Positions 1-10,808 of a stretch of DNA of 64,000 nucleotides are shown here, piece after piece. Positions within the stretch are counted from its first letter, which is position 1. Every line of letters begins with the position of its first letter. The translations under genes were made by a program, and so were the position numbers. The stretch is from Candidatus Multivorans sp. (lineage in GTDB: Bacteria > Acidobacteriota > Thermoanaerobaculia > Multivoradales > Multivoraceae): NCBI GenBank assembly GCA_965224025.1, contig OZ245033.1, positions 800,001 through 864,000 on the forward strand. The letters run 5' to 3'. Below the pieces are notes generated by a model. That model did no database searches and was not told the DNA's origin. It saw nothing but the letters and a program-made list of their open reading frames with translations.

Positions 1-427
1 GGCGATCGTCCTTGACGTGTTCAGTCGGCGCATCGTCGGCTGGGCCATGGATTCGTCTCTGGCAACCGACCTCGTGGTCGGCGCGCTGGAGATGGCGATC
101 GCCCAGCGGAGGCCCGAGGGCGTGATCCACCACTCGGATCAAGGCAGCCAGTACACTTCCCTGACCTTCGGCAAGCGCTGCCGCGACGCCGGCATCGCGC
201 TCTCGATGGGTTCCGTTGGGGACTGCTACGACAACGCCATGGCCGAGAGCTTCTTCGCCAGCCTCGAATGCGAACTGCTCGACCAGTCCAGCTTTCGGAA
301 CCATGCCGAAGCCAAGGCCGAGCTCTTCCGGTACATCGAGGGTTGGTACAACACCCACCGTCGTCACTCCGCGATTGGACACTGCTCACCCGTCAACTTC
401 GAAAAGACCTACCGCGAAGCTGCTTGA
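1..427 (+). CDS. IS3-family transposase OrfB, C-terminal part (rve/DDE domain), 5' end outside window
   Basis: Motifs SRRIVGW, HHSDQGSQY, DNAMAESFF..LECE, YIEGWYN..RRHS are typical of IS3 integrase cores. Confidence 0.95.
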   Translation, partial: AIVLDVFSRRIVGWAMDSSLATDLVVGALEMAIAQRRPEGVIHHSDQGSQYTSLTFGKRCRDAGIALSMGSVGDCYDNAMAESFFASLECELLDQSSFRNHAEAKAELFRYIEGWYNTHRRHSAIGHCSPVNFEKTYREAA

Positions 428-440
428 TTCCCCAAACACA

Positions 441-468
441 AACTGTCCACGAAAACGGGGCAACTCCA
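441..468 (+). repeat. Right terminal inverted repeat of the IS3 element
   Basis: AACTGTCCACGAAAACGGGGCAACTCCA ends in CA just after the transposase stop, an IS3-type IR. Confidence 0.8.
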
Positions 469-884
469 TGGTACTCAGTACGAAGTCTGTTGGCGGCGCA
501 GGGCAGATCGGCGGCAGGCGTTGGCGATAGCGGCATGCGGGTGACGTCGCTCTTGCGGGTCACGCGCGTTTGACGCAAAGTCCGACGTGGAAGGGCCTTG
601 TACCGGACTGGCTGTTTGGTCGCGACGCCGACTCGCATGAGTGGATCGAGGCGAAGTGACAGTTGTTGGTGGTGCATCGGTTGCTGAGCGCTGGTCGCGA
701 CTGGATCGGGGGCGGCGGCGGCGTGACGGCTCGGGGGTGGCGTTGAGGGCTGGGATGATGGCACAAGGCCAGATGCGGGATGATCGGCCGGGACAGCGGA
801 ATCGTCCGCGGCCATGCTGGTTGGGCTCCATGATAGTGCGAGCGGGTGCTAGTGCTCCTATCCGTTGTCCAGTCGCACCGCGGT

Positions 885-2036
885 TCACGCCCGCCCGTCG
901 TAGAAGCGTTCACCGAAGCGTTGCAGCTTCTCGTCGTCGATCACGATGCCCAGGCCGGGGCGCTGGGGCAGGTGAACGTAGCCTTCGCCGTCGATCTCCG
1001 TGGTCTCGGCGAGGAGTGCGTCGCGCCCTTCCGTCGTCCAGCCCGGGGGCTCGTAGGGGAACTCGCACCAGTCGCAGTTGGGGCAGGCCGCCATCAGGTG
1101 GAGATTCGCCAGCAGGGCGAAGCCGTTGTTCCAGGTGTGGGCGGCGAAGGCGAGGCTGTTCGCCTCGGCAAGCGCGGCGACACGGCGGCCTTGAGCGATG
1201 CCGCCGAAGAACATCGCGTCGGCCTGGAGGACGTCAAGACACTGCTTCTCGACCAGGAGCCCGTACTCGTTGAACCGCCAGTTCAACTCACCGCCGGCGA
1301 GCGGGATCGAGGTCCGCTGGCGAAGTTCGGCGAGTCCGGCGTAGTTGTTGCGGTCGAGCGGCTCCTCGAGCCAGGTCATGTCGCAGGGCTCGATCGCCTG
1401 GGCGAACGCGGCGGCCGTCTCGACGTCCCACCTCGGTGGAGCGCCGGGACGGAGCGAGAAGTGGAAGCCCTGGTTTGCGTCGACCATCAACGCCAGATCG
1501 GGTCCGACCGCTTCGCGCGCCCGCTCGATGACCGCGACGTCGTCGCGCCAGTCGTGGTGGTGGGCGCGGAGCTTTACGGCTGAAAAGCCCATCTCCTTCA
1601 GTTCGATCAGGTTCTCGGCGCGCTCGTCGGGCGATCGGAGTTCGGAGGTCGAGGCGTAGGCCCTGAGTTTGTGCCTGTCCCCGCCCAGCAACTTGTAGAC
1701 GGGCCGGTCCTGAACCTTGCCCGTGATGTCCCAAAGCGCCGGCTCGAGCCAGGCCAGACGGATGCCGAGGGCCTCCCCGGCGTCGAGGACGCTGCCGAAG
1801 CCCTCGATGTCGAGCGGGTCGCGCCCAAGGATGAAGGGCCCCAGGGCATCGCCGAGGCCAGCGTGAAAGCGGCGCAGGGTCATGCCCGCCGACTCGCCGA
1901 CGACGCCCTGATCCGTCGTCATCCGGACGAAGGTCAGCTCATTGTGCGTTTGCCCGTGGCCGGGCTGCGCGGCGACGTGGAGCGGCGCCGGCAGGGGCGA
2001 CGCGACGTGGTACAGCTCGAGGCGGTCGATCCTCAC
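885..2036 (-). CDS. Mandelate racemase/muconate lactonizing enzyme family (enolase superfamily)
   Basis: KLR (KxK-like) motif, MVDANQ, WLEEPL, GGE, AHTW motifs. Confidence 0.9.
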   Translation of the reverse strand: MRIDRLELYHVASPLPAPLHVAAQPGHGQTHNELTFVRMTTDQGVVGESAGMTLRRFHAGLGDALGPFILGRDPLDIEGFGSVLDAGEALGIRLAWLEPALWDITGKVQDRPVYKLLGGDRHKLRAYASTSELRSPDERAENLIELKEMGFSAVKLRAHHHDWRDDVAVIERAREAVGPDLALMVDANQGFHFSLRPGAPPRWDVETAAAFAQAIEPCDMTWLEEPLDRNNYAGLAELRQRTSIPLAGGELNWRFNEYGLLVEKQCLDVLQADAMFFGGIAQGRRVAALAEANSLAFAAHTWNNGFALLANLHLMAACPNCDWCEFPYEPPGWTTEGRDALLAETTEIDGEGYVHLPQRPGLGIVIDDEKLQRFGERFYDGRA

Positions 2037-3073
2037 CGAGGCGGGCTTCCCTCGTTGCCGCCGGAAGCGCCTTCGCCGAACTCGACCGTCTTGAAGTCGA
2101 GTTGGTTGGGTACTCTCGGCGCGTAGCGGCCGCTCTGTTTGGCCCTGGCCAGGTGGTTCTCGGCCTGCGGGTCGGGCCCTCCGGGACGCAGCGCGCGCTG
2201 GAAGAAGCCGAGCACGTTCGTGATCCGCCGTGGGACCGAGCGCCCGGTGTGGGCGGCGCCCCGGACCAGGTGGTATTCGTGCGGGATGGCCGCGTCGAAG
2301 AGCAGGCGATGAACCAGCTCGGCGCTGAGGAACGTAAGGTTCGCGTCCTCGTCGCCGGCCTCCACAAGGAGCTGCAGACCCGATTCGCGAAGCCTGTCCG
2401 CGTTGTCGATGACGATCGTCGGCGGGTGACGCGCCCGCCAGTACTCGATGTCGACGGGATTGCCGAAGCGCTCGTGGAGGAACCGCATCGCGCCGGGACC
2501 GTAGGGCGTGAGGTCGAGGTCGGCGAAGGAGGCCACCGCTGGGAATCCCGGTTCGAGGGCCGCCGCGGCCGCGAACGTCTCGGGGTTGCGGAGGCCGATC
2601 CGGAGCGTGCCCTGGCCCCCCGCGGAGCCGCCGCCGAGCACGGTGCCGGCCCGGTCCTGCGCCACGTTGTAGTGACCTCGGACGTGGGGCAGCAGCTCCT
2701 GGAGTATGAAGGTCTCCCAGCTCTTCCCACCGCCCTTCCAGTCGATGTAGTAGGAGCCGCCTGTGATCGGAGTGACGACCACGATGTGCTCGATCGTTCC
2801 CTCATCCCAGGCGCGTTCGAGATGGGCGCGAAGACGGCGCTCCAGGTTGCCCTCGCCGCTGGAGCCGCCGTGAAGCCAGAGCAGGAGCGGGTAGGGTTCC
2901 GCACGTTCCGGGTCATAGGCCGGCGGCAGCAGGAGATCGAACCGCGGCTCGCCGGGCACCAGGTCGCTGGCGAGGGCGTGGTTCGTGAGACTGGACTCCT
3001 GCCCGGAACTCGCCGTGGCGCCCAGGAGGAGGGCGAGCATCGGGAGTGTGCTGATTTGTGAAACTCGGCGCAT
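2033..3073 (-). CDS. Secreted putative esterase (alpha/beta hydrolase)
   Basis: Signal peptide, YPLLLWLHG, GGSAGG nucleophile elbow; 4-bp overlap with the downstream gene. Confidence 0.8.
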   Translation of the reverse strand: MRRVSQISTLPMLALLLGATASSGQESSLTNHALASDLVPGEPRFDLLLPPAYDPERAEPYPLLLWLHGGSSGEGNLERRLRAHLERAWDEGTIEHIVVVTPITGGSYYIDWKGGGKSWETFILQELLPHVRGHYNVAQDRAGTVLGGGSAGGQGTLRIGLRNPETFAAAAALEPGFPAVASFADLDLTPYGPGAMRFLHERFGNPVDIEYWRARHPPTIVIDNADRLRESGLQLLVEAGDEDANLTFLSAELVHRLLFDAAIPHEYHLVRGAAHTGRSVPRRITNVLGFFQRALRPGGPDPQAENHLARAKQSGRYAPRVPNQLDFKTVEFGEGASGGNEGSPPR

Positions 3074-3159
3074 GATCGGACCTCCTCGTTCGTAACGGGT
3101 GCGTTGTGGACGTAGGCTCTCCAGTCTACGCATTGAGCCCGCAGGAAGGCCCGCCCCGC

Positions 3160-4680
3160 ATGAACGCAGCACGACTCGCCATCGAGAGCCTCGCCCGCTT
3201 TGGCGTCTATGACGCCGTTCGCTTCAAGGGGAAGACCAGGACGAACGAAGAGCAGGAACTCCTCGCCCGCAAGCTCGCGGCCGTGCTCCGGGCGCGCGGT
3301 GTCCGCCCCGGCGACCGCGTCGTCGTCATGATGCCGAACTGTCCCGAGATCTTCTGCGCCTTCCAGGCGGTGTGGAAGATCGGCGCCGTCATCCTGCCGG
3401 TGATGCCCCAACTCGGAGAGCGCGAAGTCGGCTACCTGCTCGAAGACTCGGGGGCCAGGGTCGCCCTGGTGGCGCCGGTCCTCGCTCCGGTCGTCGACGC
3501 GGCCCGGGGCGCCGCCCCGACCTGCGAGGCGCTCCTCAGCCTCGGTCCGGCCGAAGTCGCCGGCGTGACGGACATCACCTGCGAGATCGAGGCGGCGGAG
3601 CCGATCGACTCACTGGTCGAGCGGGCTGGCGACGACCTGGCTCTCCTGCTCTACACCTCGGGCACGACCGGCCGGCCCAAGGGGGTGATGCTCACCCACG
3701 ACAACATCCTCTGGTCGTCGCAGCAGATCGCCGGCATGGCCGAGATGCCGGAGGGAATGCCGATCCTGCACGTCATGCCGATGGCCCACTCCTTCGGCGT
3801 CCTGATGATGTGCGTCGGCTTCGTCAAGGGCTTCGAGGCGACGGTGATGGTGCGCTGGGACACGCGGCAGGTGTTCGAGAACGTCGAGCGTCACCGGATC
3901 GAGCGTCTGGGCATGGTGCCGACGATGCTCACCTACCTGCTCGACTTCCCGGAGCGGGAGCGCTTCGACATCAGTTCACTGAGCTGGGTGTGGTCGGGCG
4001 GCGCCGCGCTCGCCAACGAGGTCCGGCTCGACTTCGAGCGCGAGTTCGACTGCACCGTCCGCGACGGCTACGGACTGACCGAGTCCACCGCGGTCGCGAC
4101 CGCCTACTCGGACACCGATGAGTACCGAACGGGCTCCTGTGGCCGCGCGGTCGACGGCGTCGAGGTGGCTCTCATGGACGACGACCACAACCGGATGCCT
4201 GCCGAAACGCCGGGGGAGGTCTGCATCCGCGGCCGGAACGTGATGAAGGGCTACTGGGGCAGTGCCGAGGCGACCGCCGAGACCGTCCGCGACGGCTGGC
4301 TGCACTCGGGCGACATCGGCCACATGGACGCGGACGGTTTCCTGCGCATCACGGACCGAAAGAAGGACCTGATCATCAAGGGCGGCGAGAACATCTCACC
4401 TCGCGAGATCGAGGAGGCGCTCTACGAGCACCCGGCGATCTCGGAGGTCGCCGTCGTTGCGGTACCGCACGGGAAGTACGGCGAGGACATTTGGGCGGCG
4501 GTGGCGTTCAAACCCGGCGCCGCCGTCAGCGAGGAAGAGCTCCGCGCCCACACGGCGGGCTTCGTGACCCGGTTCAAGATCCCGAGCCGCTTCGTGGTCC
4601 AGCCCGAGCTGCCCAAGAACGCGGTCGGCAAGATTCTGAAGCGCGAGGTGCGGGAGAGGTTGCTCCGCGAGTTGTCCTAG
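3160..4680 (+). CDS. Long-chain acyl-CoA synthetase (AMP-binding enzyme)
   Basis: YTSGTTGRPKG, GYGLTE, SGDIG, RKKDLII, PKNAVGK motifs. Confidence 0.95.
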   Translation: MNAARLAIESLARFGVYDAVRFKGKTRTNEEQELLARKLAAVLRARGVRPGDRVVVMMPNCPEIFCAFQAVWKIGAVILPVMPQLGEREVGYLLEDSGARVALVAPVLAPVVDAARGAAPTCEALLSLGPAEVAGVTDITCEIEAAEPIDSLVERAGDDLALLLYTSGTTGRPKGVMLTHDNILWSSQQIAGMAEMPEGMPILHVMPMAHSFGVLMMCVGFVKGFEATVMVRWDTRQVFENVERHRIERLGMVPTMLTYLLDFPERERFDISSLSWVWSGGAALANEVRLDFEREFDCTVRDGYGLTESTAVATAYSDTDEYRTGSCGRAVDGVEVALMDDDHNRMPAETPGEVCIRGRNVMKGYWGSAEATAETVRDGWLHSGDIGHMDADGFLRITDRKKDLIIKGGENISPREIEEALYEHPAISEVAVVAVPHGKYGEDIWAAVAFKPGAAVSEEELRAHTAGFVTRFKIPSRFVVQPELPKNAVGKILKREVRERLLRELS

Positions 4681-4800
4681 CAATTTGCGGGGCTCCGCCC
4701 CTGGGAACCCGGGTGGCGCGATCCGCGCCACCCGCGAACCACTCCGTGCGCCCGTCATCGAGGTGCACGGATGAAACGCGGGCGTCTCGCCCGCATCCGC

Positions 4801-5706
4801 TCAGATCCCCGGATCCACCCCCGTCATCTCCACCGACAACTCCCACAACCGCTTGCCGAGTTCCGGATCGCGGCTGGTCGGATTCGACCACGCCTTGGTG
4901 GCTGGGCCGCTCAACTCTCCGAATCGTGCCGGTCCGAGATAGTCCCCTCCGCCGACGCCGGGCGCGGTCGCCGCCATGAGGGTCGGCCATGCACCCATCG
5001 CCTGGGTGTTGAAGAAGGCGCGGACCAGGGGCGCCGCGTACTGGATCAGGGGGAAGTGGCGGCCAATCTCGGTCTGGGCAAGGCCGGGATGGCAGGCGAC
5101 GGCGATCGTTCCAGACGCGCGGGCCTTGAGCCGCCGGTCGAGCTCATTCATGAACAGCAGGTTGGCCAGCTTGCTCTGCTGGTAGCGGGCCTGGCGCGAG
5201 TACACCTTCGCGCCGTCGATGTCCTCCCAGTGGATGCGGCCGCCGCGGTGGGCAAGGCTGGCGGTGATGACGACCCGGCTGCCCTCGGTTTCCTCGAGCT
5301 TCGGCAGGAGGCGCCCGGTGAGCGCGAACGTGCCCAGGTGGTTGACGGCGAACTGCGACTCGAAACCGTCCACGGTCAGGGTCCGGGGCGGCGCCATGAT
5401 GCCGGCGTTGTTGACGAGCACGTCAAGGCGCGGTTCGGAGGACACCTGTTCAGCCGCGGCGCGGACGCTCGCGAGGTCCGCTTGGTCGAGCGGCAGGAAC
5501 TCGACGTCGGCTTCGGGCGACTCGGCGCGGATCTTCGAGATCGCGTCCGCGGCGCGCTGCTCGGAGCGGCATCCCAGCAGCACGCGGCCGCCGCGCCTCG
5601 CCAGCACCTCCGCCGTCTCGAAGCCGATGCCGGTGTTCGCTCCGGTGACGAGGAACGTCCGGCCCGACTGGTCGGGCACGTCGCGGTCGGTGAATCCCTG
5701 GGGCAT
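4801..5706 (-). CDS. Short-chain dehydrogenase/reductase (retinol dehydrogenase-like)
   Basis: TGANTGIG, NNAG, YQQSK (YxxxK), HPG motifs. Confidence 0.93.
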   Translation of the reverse strand: MPQGFTDRDVPDQSGRTFLVTGANTGIGFETAEVLARRGGRVLLGCRSEQRAADAISKIRAESPEADVEFLPLDQADLASVRAAAEQVSSEPRLDVLVNNAGIMAPPRTLTVDGFESQFAVNHLGTFALTGRLLPKLEETEGSRVVITASLAHRGGRIHWEDIDGAKVYSRQARYQQSKLANLLFMNELDRRLKARASGTIAVACHPGLAQTEIGRHFPLIQYAAPLVRAFFNTQAMGAWPTLMAATAPGVGGGDYLGPARFGELSGPATKAWSNPTSRDPELGKRLWELSVEMTGVDPGI

Positions 5707-5754
5707 GAGCGTCGTCTCCTCGTTCGTTCGTGCGGATTTCGCCAGCGGCGGGGG

Positions 5755-5780
5755 GCCGGCGGGGACGCCGGCGCACCCGG
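5755..5780 (+). repeat. REP-like palindromic repeat copy
   Basis: GCCGGCGGGGACGCCGGCGCACCCGG, intergenic; same family as 10071-10096, 27676-27688 and the IS110 insertion site. Confidence 0.6.
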
Positions 5781-5850
5781 TATCAAGGAAGGGGGCCGAC
5801 GTTACCCTGAGCGAGGGAGAGCCACGCGCCCCGCGTCCACGTTGAAGACG

Positions 5851-6135
5851 CTACTGATACGCAGAACCTCGGTGAGCGGCAGTCAGAAGGAAGACGATCC
5901 GCACCTCTTCGTCGATCTCGTAGAAGAAGCGCCAGGCGCCGATGCGGTAGCGCCAGGTGGGCGGCTTATAGCCTTTGAGGTGCCGAATGTGCGGACCCAT
6001 GTGGGGATGCTGACGCAACTGGGGGTACACGACCCTCGTCAGCTTGTCGACGACGGCTCGATGGCCGGCGCGGGAGATCCGGCGTAGGTCGCGATTGAAC
6101 TGCTCGGTCTCAAAGAGCCGATAGTCAGTCAACAA
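5851..6135 (-). CDS. RelE/ParE-family toxin
   Basis: 94 aa, basic, with WRYRIGAWRFFYEID motif; overlaps an upstream antitoxin-like gene. Confidence 0.85.
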   Translation of the reverse strand: MLTDYRLFETEQFNRDLRRISRAGHRAVVDKLTRVVYPQLRQHPHMGPHIRHLKGYKPPTWRYRIGAWRFFYEIDEEVRIVFLLTAAHRGSAYQ

Positions 6136-6367
6136 ACGAGCCTTTGCGCCGCGCCGCGTCGCGCGAGCCCGCTTTTAGCCGGTGGAGCAGCGACTCGTCC
6201 TCCAGAATCTCGGCCATCTCCGCGTCGTCCACGAACTGCTGCTCGCGTACCTTGGCGAGCGCCGCTGTCTGGATGAGATTCGACAAAGGCCTATTCTCGG
6301 CGCGTGCGGCTTCCTTGAACTCCTCGTAAGTCGCCTCGTCAAGCCTCAGCGTGACCGTCTTGCTCAT
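6125..6367 (-). CDS. Ribbon-helix-helix (CopG-like) antitoxin
   Basis: MSKTVTLRLD N-terminal beta strand followed by helices; coupled to the RelE gene. Confidence 0.8.
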   Translation of the reverse strand: MSKTVTLRLDEATYEEFKEAARAENRPLSNLIQTAALAKVREQQFVDDAEMAEILEDESLLHRLKAGSRDAARRKGSFVD

Positions 6368-6543
6368 GGCGAACACAGTAGCATGCAGATGTATTCGTAT
6401 CGAGTACATGGAGTGGCGACTGCGGAGACATAGACACTCGTGACCGGCGACGCCTCGCCGCTACCACTTGCGGTCGGCAGCGCGATGAGGAAGGCTCAGC
6501 GCCCACACTCCACATTCAGCCCATGCCCGCGGAGACTCCTGCC

Positions 6544-7419
6544 ATGTCTGAAATCCGCATGCGCCAGATCTGCCTGGTCGCCCACGATTTCGATCGCATT
6601 CAACAGCAGGTCGAGTCGGTGTTCGGCGTCGAGGTCTGTTACCGCGACCCCGGTGTGGGGAAGTACGGGTTGCACAACTTCCTCAGCCTTTCCGGCCAGT
6701 CGATTCGGCTGCCCTTCCTTCAGAGACACGGAACGACCCTCGACCAGCTTGCCCTCGTTTCGGTGAAGAACCACTGGAACGGCGCCCGCAACCCGAACGC
6801 GCAGTTCCAGAGGGAGTGCACGGCCGAGGACGTGCACGCCGCACCGCCGATCGCCGATCCCTTCACCACGTTGCACTGCTGTCCGCTCGGCGAGGGCGCC
6901 GCTGCCGCGGTCGTGGTGTCGGAGGACGGCCTGCGCCGGCTCGGCATCGACAAGGACCGTGCGGTCCGCGTCCTGTGCTCGATCGCCAACAGCGAGCCCC
7001 TCACGCCGCCCGGCGAATCCCCCAATGTCGGGATCACGCGCGACGCGGTCTCGAAGGCCTACGACGAGACGGCTCTGGGCCCGGGCGATCTCGACGTGAT
7101 CGAACTCCACGAAGCCTTCACCATCGAAGAGATCCTCTATGTCGAGGCGATGGGTCTGTGCGCCGAGGGCGAAGGGGGCCCGTTCACCGAGTCGCGGGCC
7201 ACCTGGATCGGCGGCGGCTGAGCGGTCAATCCGTCGGGAGGCCTGCTCGCCATGGGACATCCGTTCGGGCCGACCGGGCTCGGTCAGATCGCCGAGATCA
7301 CCTGCCAGTTGCGGGGCGAAGCCGGCGCCCGTCAGCAGAAAGGCGCCCGTCTCGGGCTGGCCCACGTGGTCGGCGTCGGTGAAGTCTGCGTCGTCCACAT
7401 CCTGAGCAGGGATGGCTGA
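6544..7419 (+). pseudogene. Chimera: VOC/glyoxalase-like N-terminus fused to thiolase (SCP2-type) C-terminal half, with in-frame TGA at 7219-7221
   Basis: MRQICLVA..DPGVGKYGLHN, then KNHWNGARNPNA, CCPLGEGAAA, ELHEAF; after the TGA the frame continues AVNPSGGLLAMGHPFGPTG to a stop at 7419. Confidence 0.75.
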
Positions 7420-7424
7420 GACAA

Positions 7425-7709
7425 CTACGCCGAGAACCGGAGCTTCAAGCCGCAGGCCGCGGTGACTTTCGTGAGCGTGTCGAGTCTTGGGTTCCTACGG
7501 CCCGACAAGGCGCGGGAAAGCGCCACCCGGTCCAGCTCGGCTTGGCGGGCCACTGCGGATATTCCACCCTGCGCCTCGGCCACGTTGCGAAACGCCTTCA
7601 TGAGCAGGCGCGGATCGTCGCCCATCTCCTCCAGCGCCGCATTCAGGTAGGCGGCCGCGTCCTCCGGCGCCTTGAGATAGTCACTGGCCTTATGAGCTTT
7701 CACGGGCAT
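7425..7709 (-). CDS. Addiction-module antidote (HigA-like HTH)
   Basis: DYL..AAYLNAALEE, RVALSRALS..NPRLDTL pattern. Confidence 0.85.
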   Translation of the reverse strand: MPVKAHKASDYLKAPEDAAAYLNAALEEMGDDPRLLMKAFRNVAEAQGGISAVARQAELDRVALSRALSGRRNPRLDTLTKVTAACGLKLRFSA

Positions 7710-7712
7710 TTC

Positions 7713-8026
7713 GCTTCTCCTGCTTGTACGCTGCGAACGCAGACGCGCCGCTGTGATGTCAGCCGCCTGGCCCTTCTTCACGCCGCCCCCCAACAGAATC
7801 ACGAGCGTCTCACCGTCGCGACCAAGTAGAGCCGATACCCGGGGCCGCTGTCGATCCGAAGCTCCGAGACTCCGCCACCCACTCTCTTGTGATCTCCGAA
7901 GTTGCCGAGCTCCATGCGGTCGATCCGTGTCTGGACGCGGGCCCGAGCCTCACGCGATTGTCGTCGAAACCAAGTGTCGAAGTAATCTCTGCCGTCCTCG
8001 GAGACGTAGTGGACGACCCGGATCAA
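7713..8026 (-). pseudogene. Addiction-module killer (HigB/RelE-like), frameshifted
   Basis: RIDRMELGNFGDHKRVGGGVSELRIDSGPGYRLY; continuation ILLGGGVKKGQAADI lies in another frame. Confidence 0.8.
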
Positions 8027-8033
8027 GCACCAG

Positions 8034-8063
8034 ATCGTAGCCAACTGGCTACAGTTCTGTCAA
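8034..8063 (-). promoter_or_regulatory. Sigma70-like promoter with overlapping palindromic operator for the higBA-like pair
   Basis: TTGACA-18 bp-TACGAT on minus strand; palindrome GTAGCCA-AC-TGGCTAC at 8037-8052. Confidence 0.7.
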
Positions 8064-8181
8064 CGACTCGTCGCTAGCCACAGGAGCCGAGAATCATGCG
8101 CATCGAAGGACACCGGCGGCGGTACGCCTCTACGTGTTCGACGGTAGACGCGTCCAAAAGCCGCTGCAGGGAGATATCAGC

Positions 8182-9150
8182 ATGAAGTACACGAAGTTGG
8201 GAAGTTCCGGTCTCGAGGTCTCCCGGATCTGCCTCGGGTGCATGAGCTTCGGCGAGAAGTCGCCCGGGGCTCACGACTGGAGCCTCGACGAAGCGAGCAG
8301 CCGTTCGATCATCGAGCGGGCGCTCGACCTGGGCATCAACTTCTTCGACACGGCGAATGCGTACTCGCGCGGTTCGAGCGAGGAGATCACGGGAACGGCC
8401 TTGCGGGACATGGCCGACCGCGACGAGGTCGTGATCGCGACCAAGGTCTACTTCCCGATCCGCCGGGGACGTAACGCCCGCGGGCTCTCTCGCAAGGCGA
8501 TCATGACCGAGGTCGACGCGTCGCTGCGCCGTCTGGGCACCGACTACATCGACCTCTACCAGATCCACCGCTGGGACAACCGGACGTCGATCGAAGAGAC
8601 GCTTGGAGCACTCCACGACGTGGTGACCTCGGGCAAGGTCCGCTACATCGGCGCCTCGTCGATGTGGGCGTGGCAGTTCAGCAAGGCGCTCTACACCAGC
8701 GAGATGCGTGGTCTCTCCAAGTTCATCAGCATGCAGAACCAGTACAGCCTGCTCCAGCGCGAAGAAGAGCGCGAGATGCACCCGCTCTGTGCCGACCAGG
8801 GGGTCGGGACGATCCCGTGGAGCCCGCTGGGCCGGGGTCTCCTGACCCGTGACTGGGACGAGACGACGCGCCGGTCGAAGAGCGACCGGATGACCGCGAG
8901 GCGCTTCGACGAGGCGAAGGATCGACCGATCGTCGAGCGCGTGGCAGAGGTGGCGCGGGAGAAGGGGGTCTCGCGAGCCCAGGTCGCGCTGGCCTGGGTG
9001 CTGGCCAACCCAGTCGTCGCGTCGCCGATCGTCGGCGTCACGAAGATGAGCCATCTCGAAGAGGCGGTGGCGGCGCTTGAGGTCGAGCTCACGGCCGCGG
9101 AGAAGAAGCGGCTCGAGGAGGTCTACACGCTCCGGGCGAACCTCTTCTGA
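8182..9150 (+). CDS. Aldo/keto reductase
   Basis: [43 protein letters not shown] motifs. Confidence 0.95.
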   Translation: MKYTKLGSSGLEVSRICLGCMSFGEKSPGAHDWSLDEASSRSIIERALDLGINFFDTANAYSRGSSEEITGTALRDMADRDEVVIATKVYFPIRRGRNARGLSRKAIMTEVDASLRRLGTDYIDLYQIHRWDNRTSIEETLGALHDVVTSGKVRYIGASSMWAWQFSKALYTSEMRGLSKFISMQNQYSLLQREEEREMHPLCADQGVGTIPWSPLGRGLLTRDWDETTRRSKSDRMTARRFDEAKDRPIVERVAEVAREKGVSRAQVALAWVLANPVVASPIVGVTKMSHLEEAVAALEVELTAAEKKRLEEVYTLRANLF

Positions 9151-9174
9151 GAGGCAAGCGGCAGACGGGGTCGT

Positions 9175-9981
9175 CTACGTCGCGGCCTTGTGCCGTGTCC
9201 CCGGGGCCGGTGGCGTCTCGGGCGCGCCCGCGAAACACTGCGCCATGCCCATCCACTCGGTGGCGATGGGTCCCACAACCTCCAGTGACGTGTCGGCGAC
9301 GTTGCGCACCTGGGTGACCACCTGGGCGAAGTCGACGGCCTTCCCGCTGATCACGTTGGACGCTTCCTCCACGTTCCAGGTCCAGATCTCGCCGGACGGG
9401 GCCGTAAGACGCAGGCACGGAACGACCTCGGGCGGCCTAAGTCCGCGCACGGCGTAGGTCCAGCCGAAGGTGTTGAGCCCCAGGAAGACGATGTTCTTGA
9501 TCCTGTCGGTCTCCTGACGGTCGAGGCCGAGCACGTCGAAGACCTCCTGGCCGTGCGCCCAGGTCTCCATCTGCCTTGCGGTGATCGAGCTGCGCACACT
9601 CATCGACGGTCCGAACCACTCCGCGCGCTGCCTCGGATCGACCCCGTCGAGCCGGGCGCACATCCGCGGGTAGTACTCGCGCCAGATGTCGTAGACGGCA
9701 CTGTTGCGCTTGCCCTCGAACCATTCGTCGGTCAGCTCGCGGAGGGTGAGCCGGCCGCGCCGCGCCGCCATGAACTGCTTGAAGTCCTCGAAGGCCGAAA
9801 GGTCCTGGATCGAGGCGTCGGCGGCGTAGTTGAAGATGTGGAGGTGGGCGACGACATCGTGAAGGGTCCACTCCTTGAAGAGGGTGGCTCGCTCGAAGTC
9901 GTCGTCCGACAGCGGCGCCAGGACCTCCGCCAGACAGTCGCACTCGGCTTGGAAGTCGGCGACCTGCTGAAGACTGCTCAA
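9175..9981 (-). CDS. TIGR03084-like DinB-superfamily metal-binding protein (copy 1, intact)
   Basis: WTLHDVVAHL, ARQMETWAHGQ, AQCFAG motifs; TTG start after a GAAGGAG RBS. Confidence 0.8.
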   Translation of the reverse strand: MSSLQQVADFQAECDCLAEVLAPLSDDDFERATLFKEWTLHDVVAHLHIFNYAADASIQDLSAFEDFKQFMAARRGRLTLRELTDEWFEGKRNSAVYDIWREYYPRMCARLDGVDPRQRAEWFGPSMSVRSSITARQMETWAHGQEVFDVLGLDRQETDRIKNIVFLGLNTFGWTYAVRGLRPPEVVPCLRLTAPSGEIWTWNVEEASNVISGKAVDFAQVVTQVRNVADTSLEVVGPIATEWMGMAQCFAGAPETPPAPGTRHKAAT

Positions 9982-10070
9982 CTCGTCTCCTTCGCTGGGA
10001 TGGGTCACTGGAACTCGCCGAGGCGAGCGCGGCAGTGTCGTCGCCGCTTCGCGGCGCGTGTCTCTCGGAA

Positions 10071-10096
10071 GCCGGCGGGGGCGCCGGCGCACCCAG
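10071..10096 (+). repeat. REP-like palindromic repeat copy
   Basis: GCCGGCGGGGGCGCCGGCGCACCCAG, intergenic. Confidence 0.65.
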
Positions 10097-10301
10097 TTTC
10101 TGCCGCGCAAGCTCCGAGCTGGTCTCCGGCGCCGCGAGCGTACGCGATGCTTCGCAGGCTGGCACTCGAGAGGAGGCGTCGCGACGCTGATCTGGAGCTT
10201 CGAAGCGGGCTGCTAGGGTGCTCGCCTGAGCGGGAACCGCGGTCTGCCGTCCCGGTCCATTGAACAAGTACCGGCGCAACCTCTCGGAGGAGAAAGAAAT
10301 C

Positions 10302-10808
10302 ATGGCGATCGCCTTCAAGCTCAACGGCAAGTCGACTACCGTCGAGGCGCCAGCGGAGATGCCCCTGCTCTGGGTCCTCCGTGACGAACTCGACCTGAAG
10401 GGAACCAAGTTCGGTTGCGGCCGGTCATTCTGCGGGGCCTGCACCGTGCACGTCGACGGCACAGCAGAGCGCAGTTGCCGCATGCCGGTCTCGCGCGCGG
10501 AGGGGAAGGAGATCACGACGATCGAAGGTCTGTCTCCGGACGGCGGCCATCCCGTGCAGCTCGCCTGGCAGGAGATCGACGTGCCGCAGTGCGGCTACTG
10601 CCAGGCCGGCCAGATCATGTCGGCATCGGCTCTCCTCGCGAGCACTCCCGAACCCACGGACGGGGACATCGACGAGGCCATGAGCGGGAACCTCTGCCGT
10701 TGTGCCACCTACACCCGGATTCGGGCCGCGATCCATCGCGCCGCGGAGATTGCGCAGGCGCCATCATCGAGTGCTGCCGAGACGGCCGCGGGAGGGAGTG
10801 AGGCATGA
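10302..10808 (+). CDS. iorA: (2Fe-2S)-binding small subunit, isoquinoline 1-oxidoreductase alpha-like
   Basis: GTKFGCG..CGACTV and QCGYCQ..NLCRC motifs. Confidence 0.9.
   Translation: MAIAFKLNGKSTTVEAPAEMPLLWVLRDELDLKGTKFGCGRSFCGACTVHVDGTAERSCRMPVSRAEGKEITTIEGLSPDGGHPVQLAWQEIDVPQCGYCQAGQIMSASALLASTPEPTDGDIDEAMSGNLCRCATYTRIRAAIHRAAEIAQAPSSSAAETAAGGSEA

Noticed and set aside
469-884. Possible IS remnant or ncRNA after the IS3 end
   Set aside because: No matching inverted repeat, transposase fragment or convincing structure identified
7219-7221. Selenocysteine recoding of the TGA
   Set aside because: Not an evident catalytic position, the gene is already a truncated chimera, and no convincing SECIS was seen
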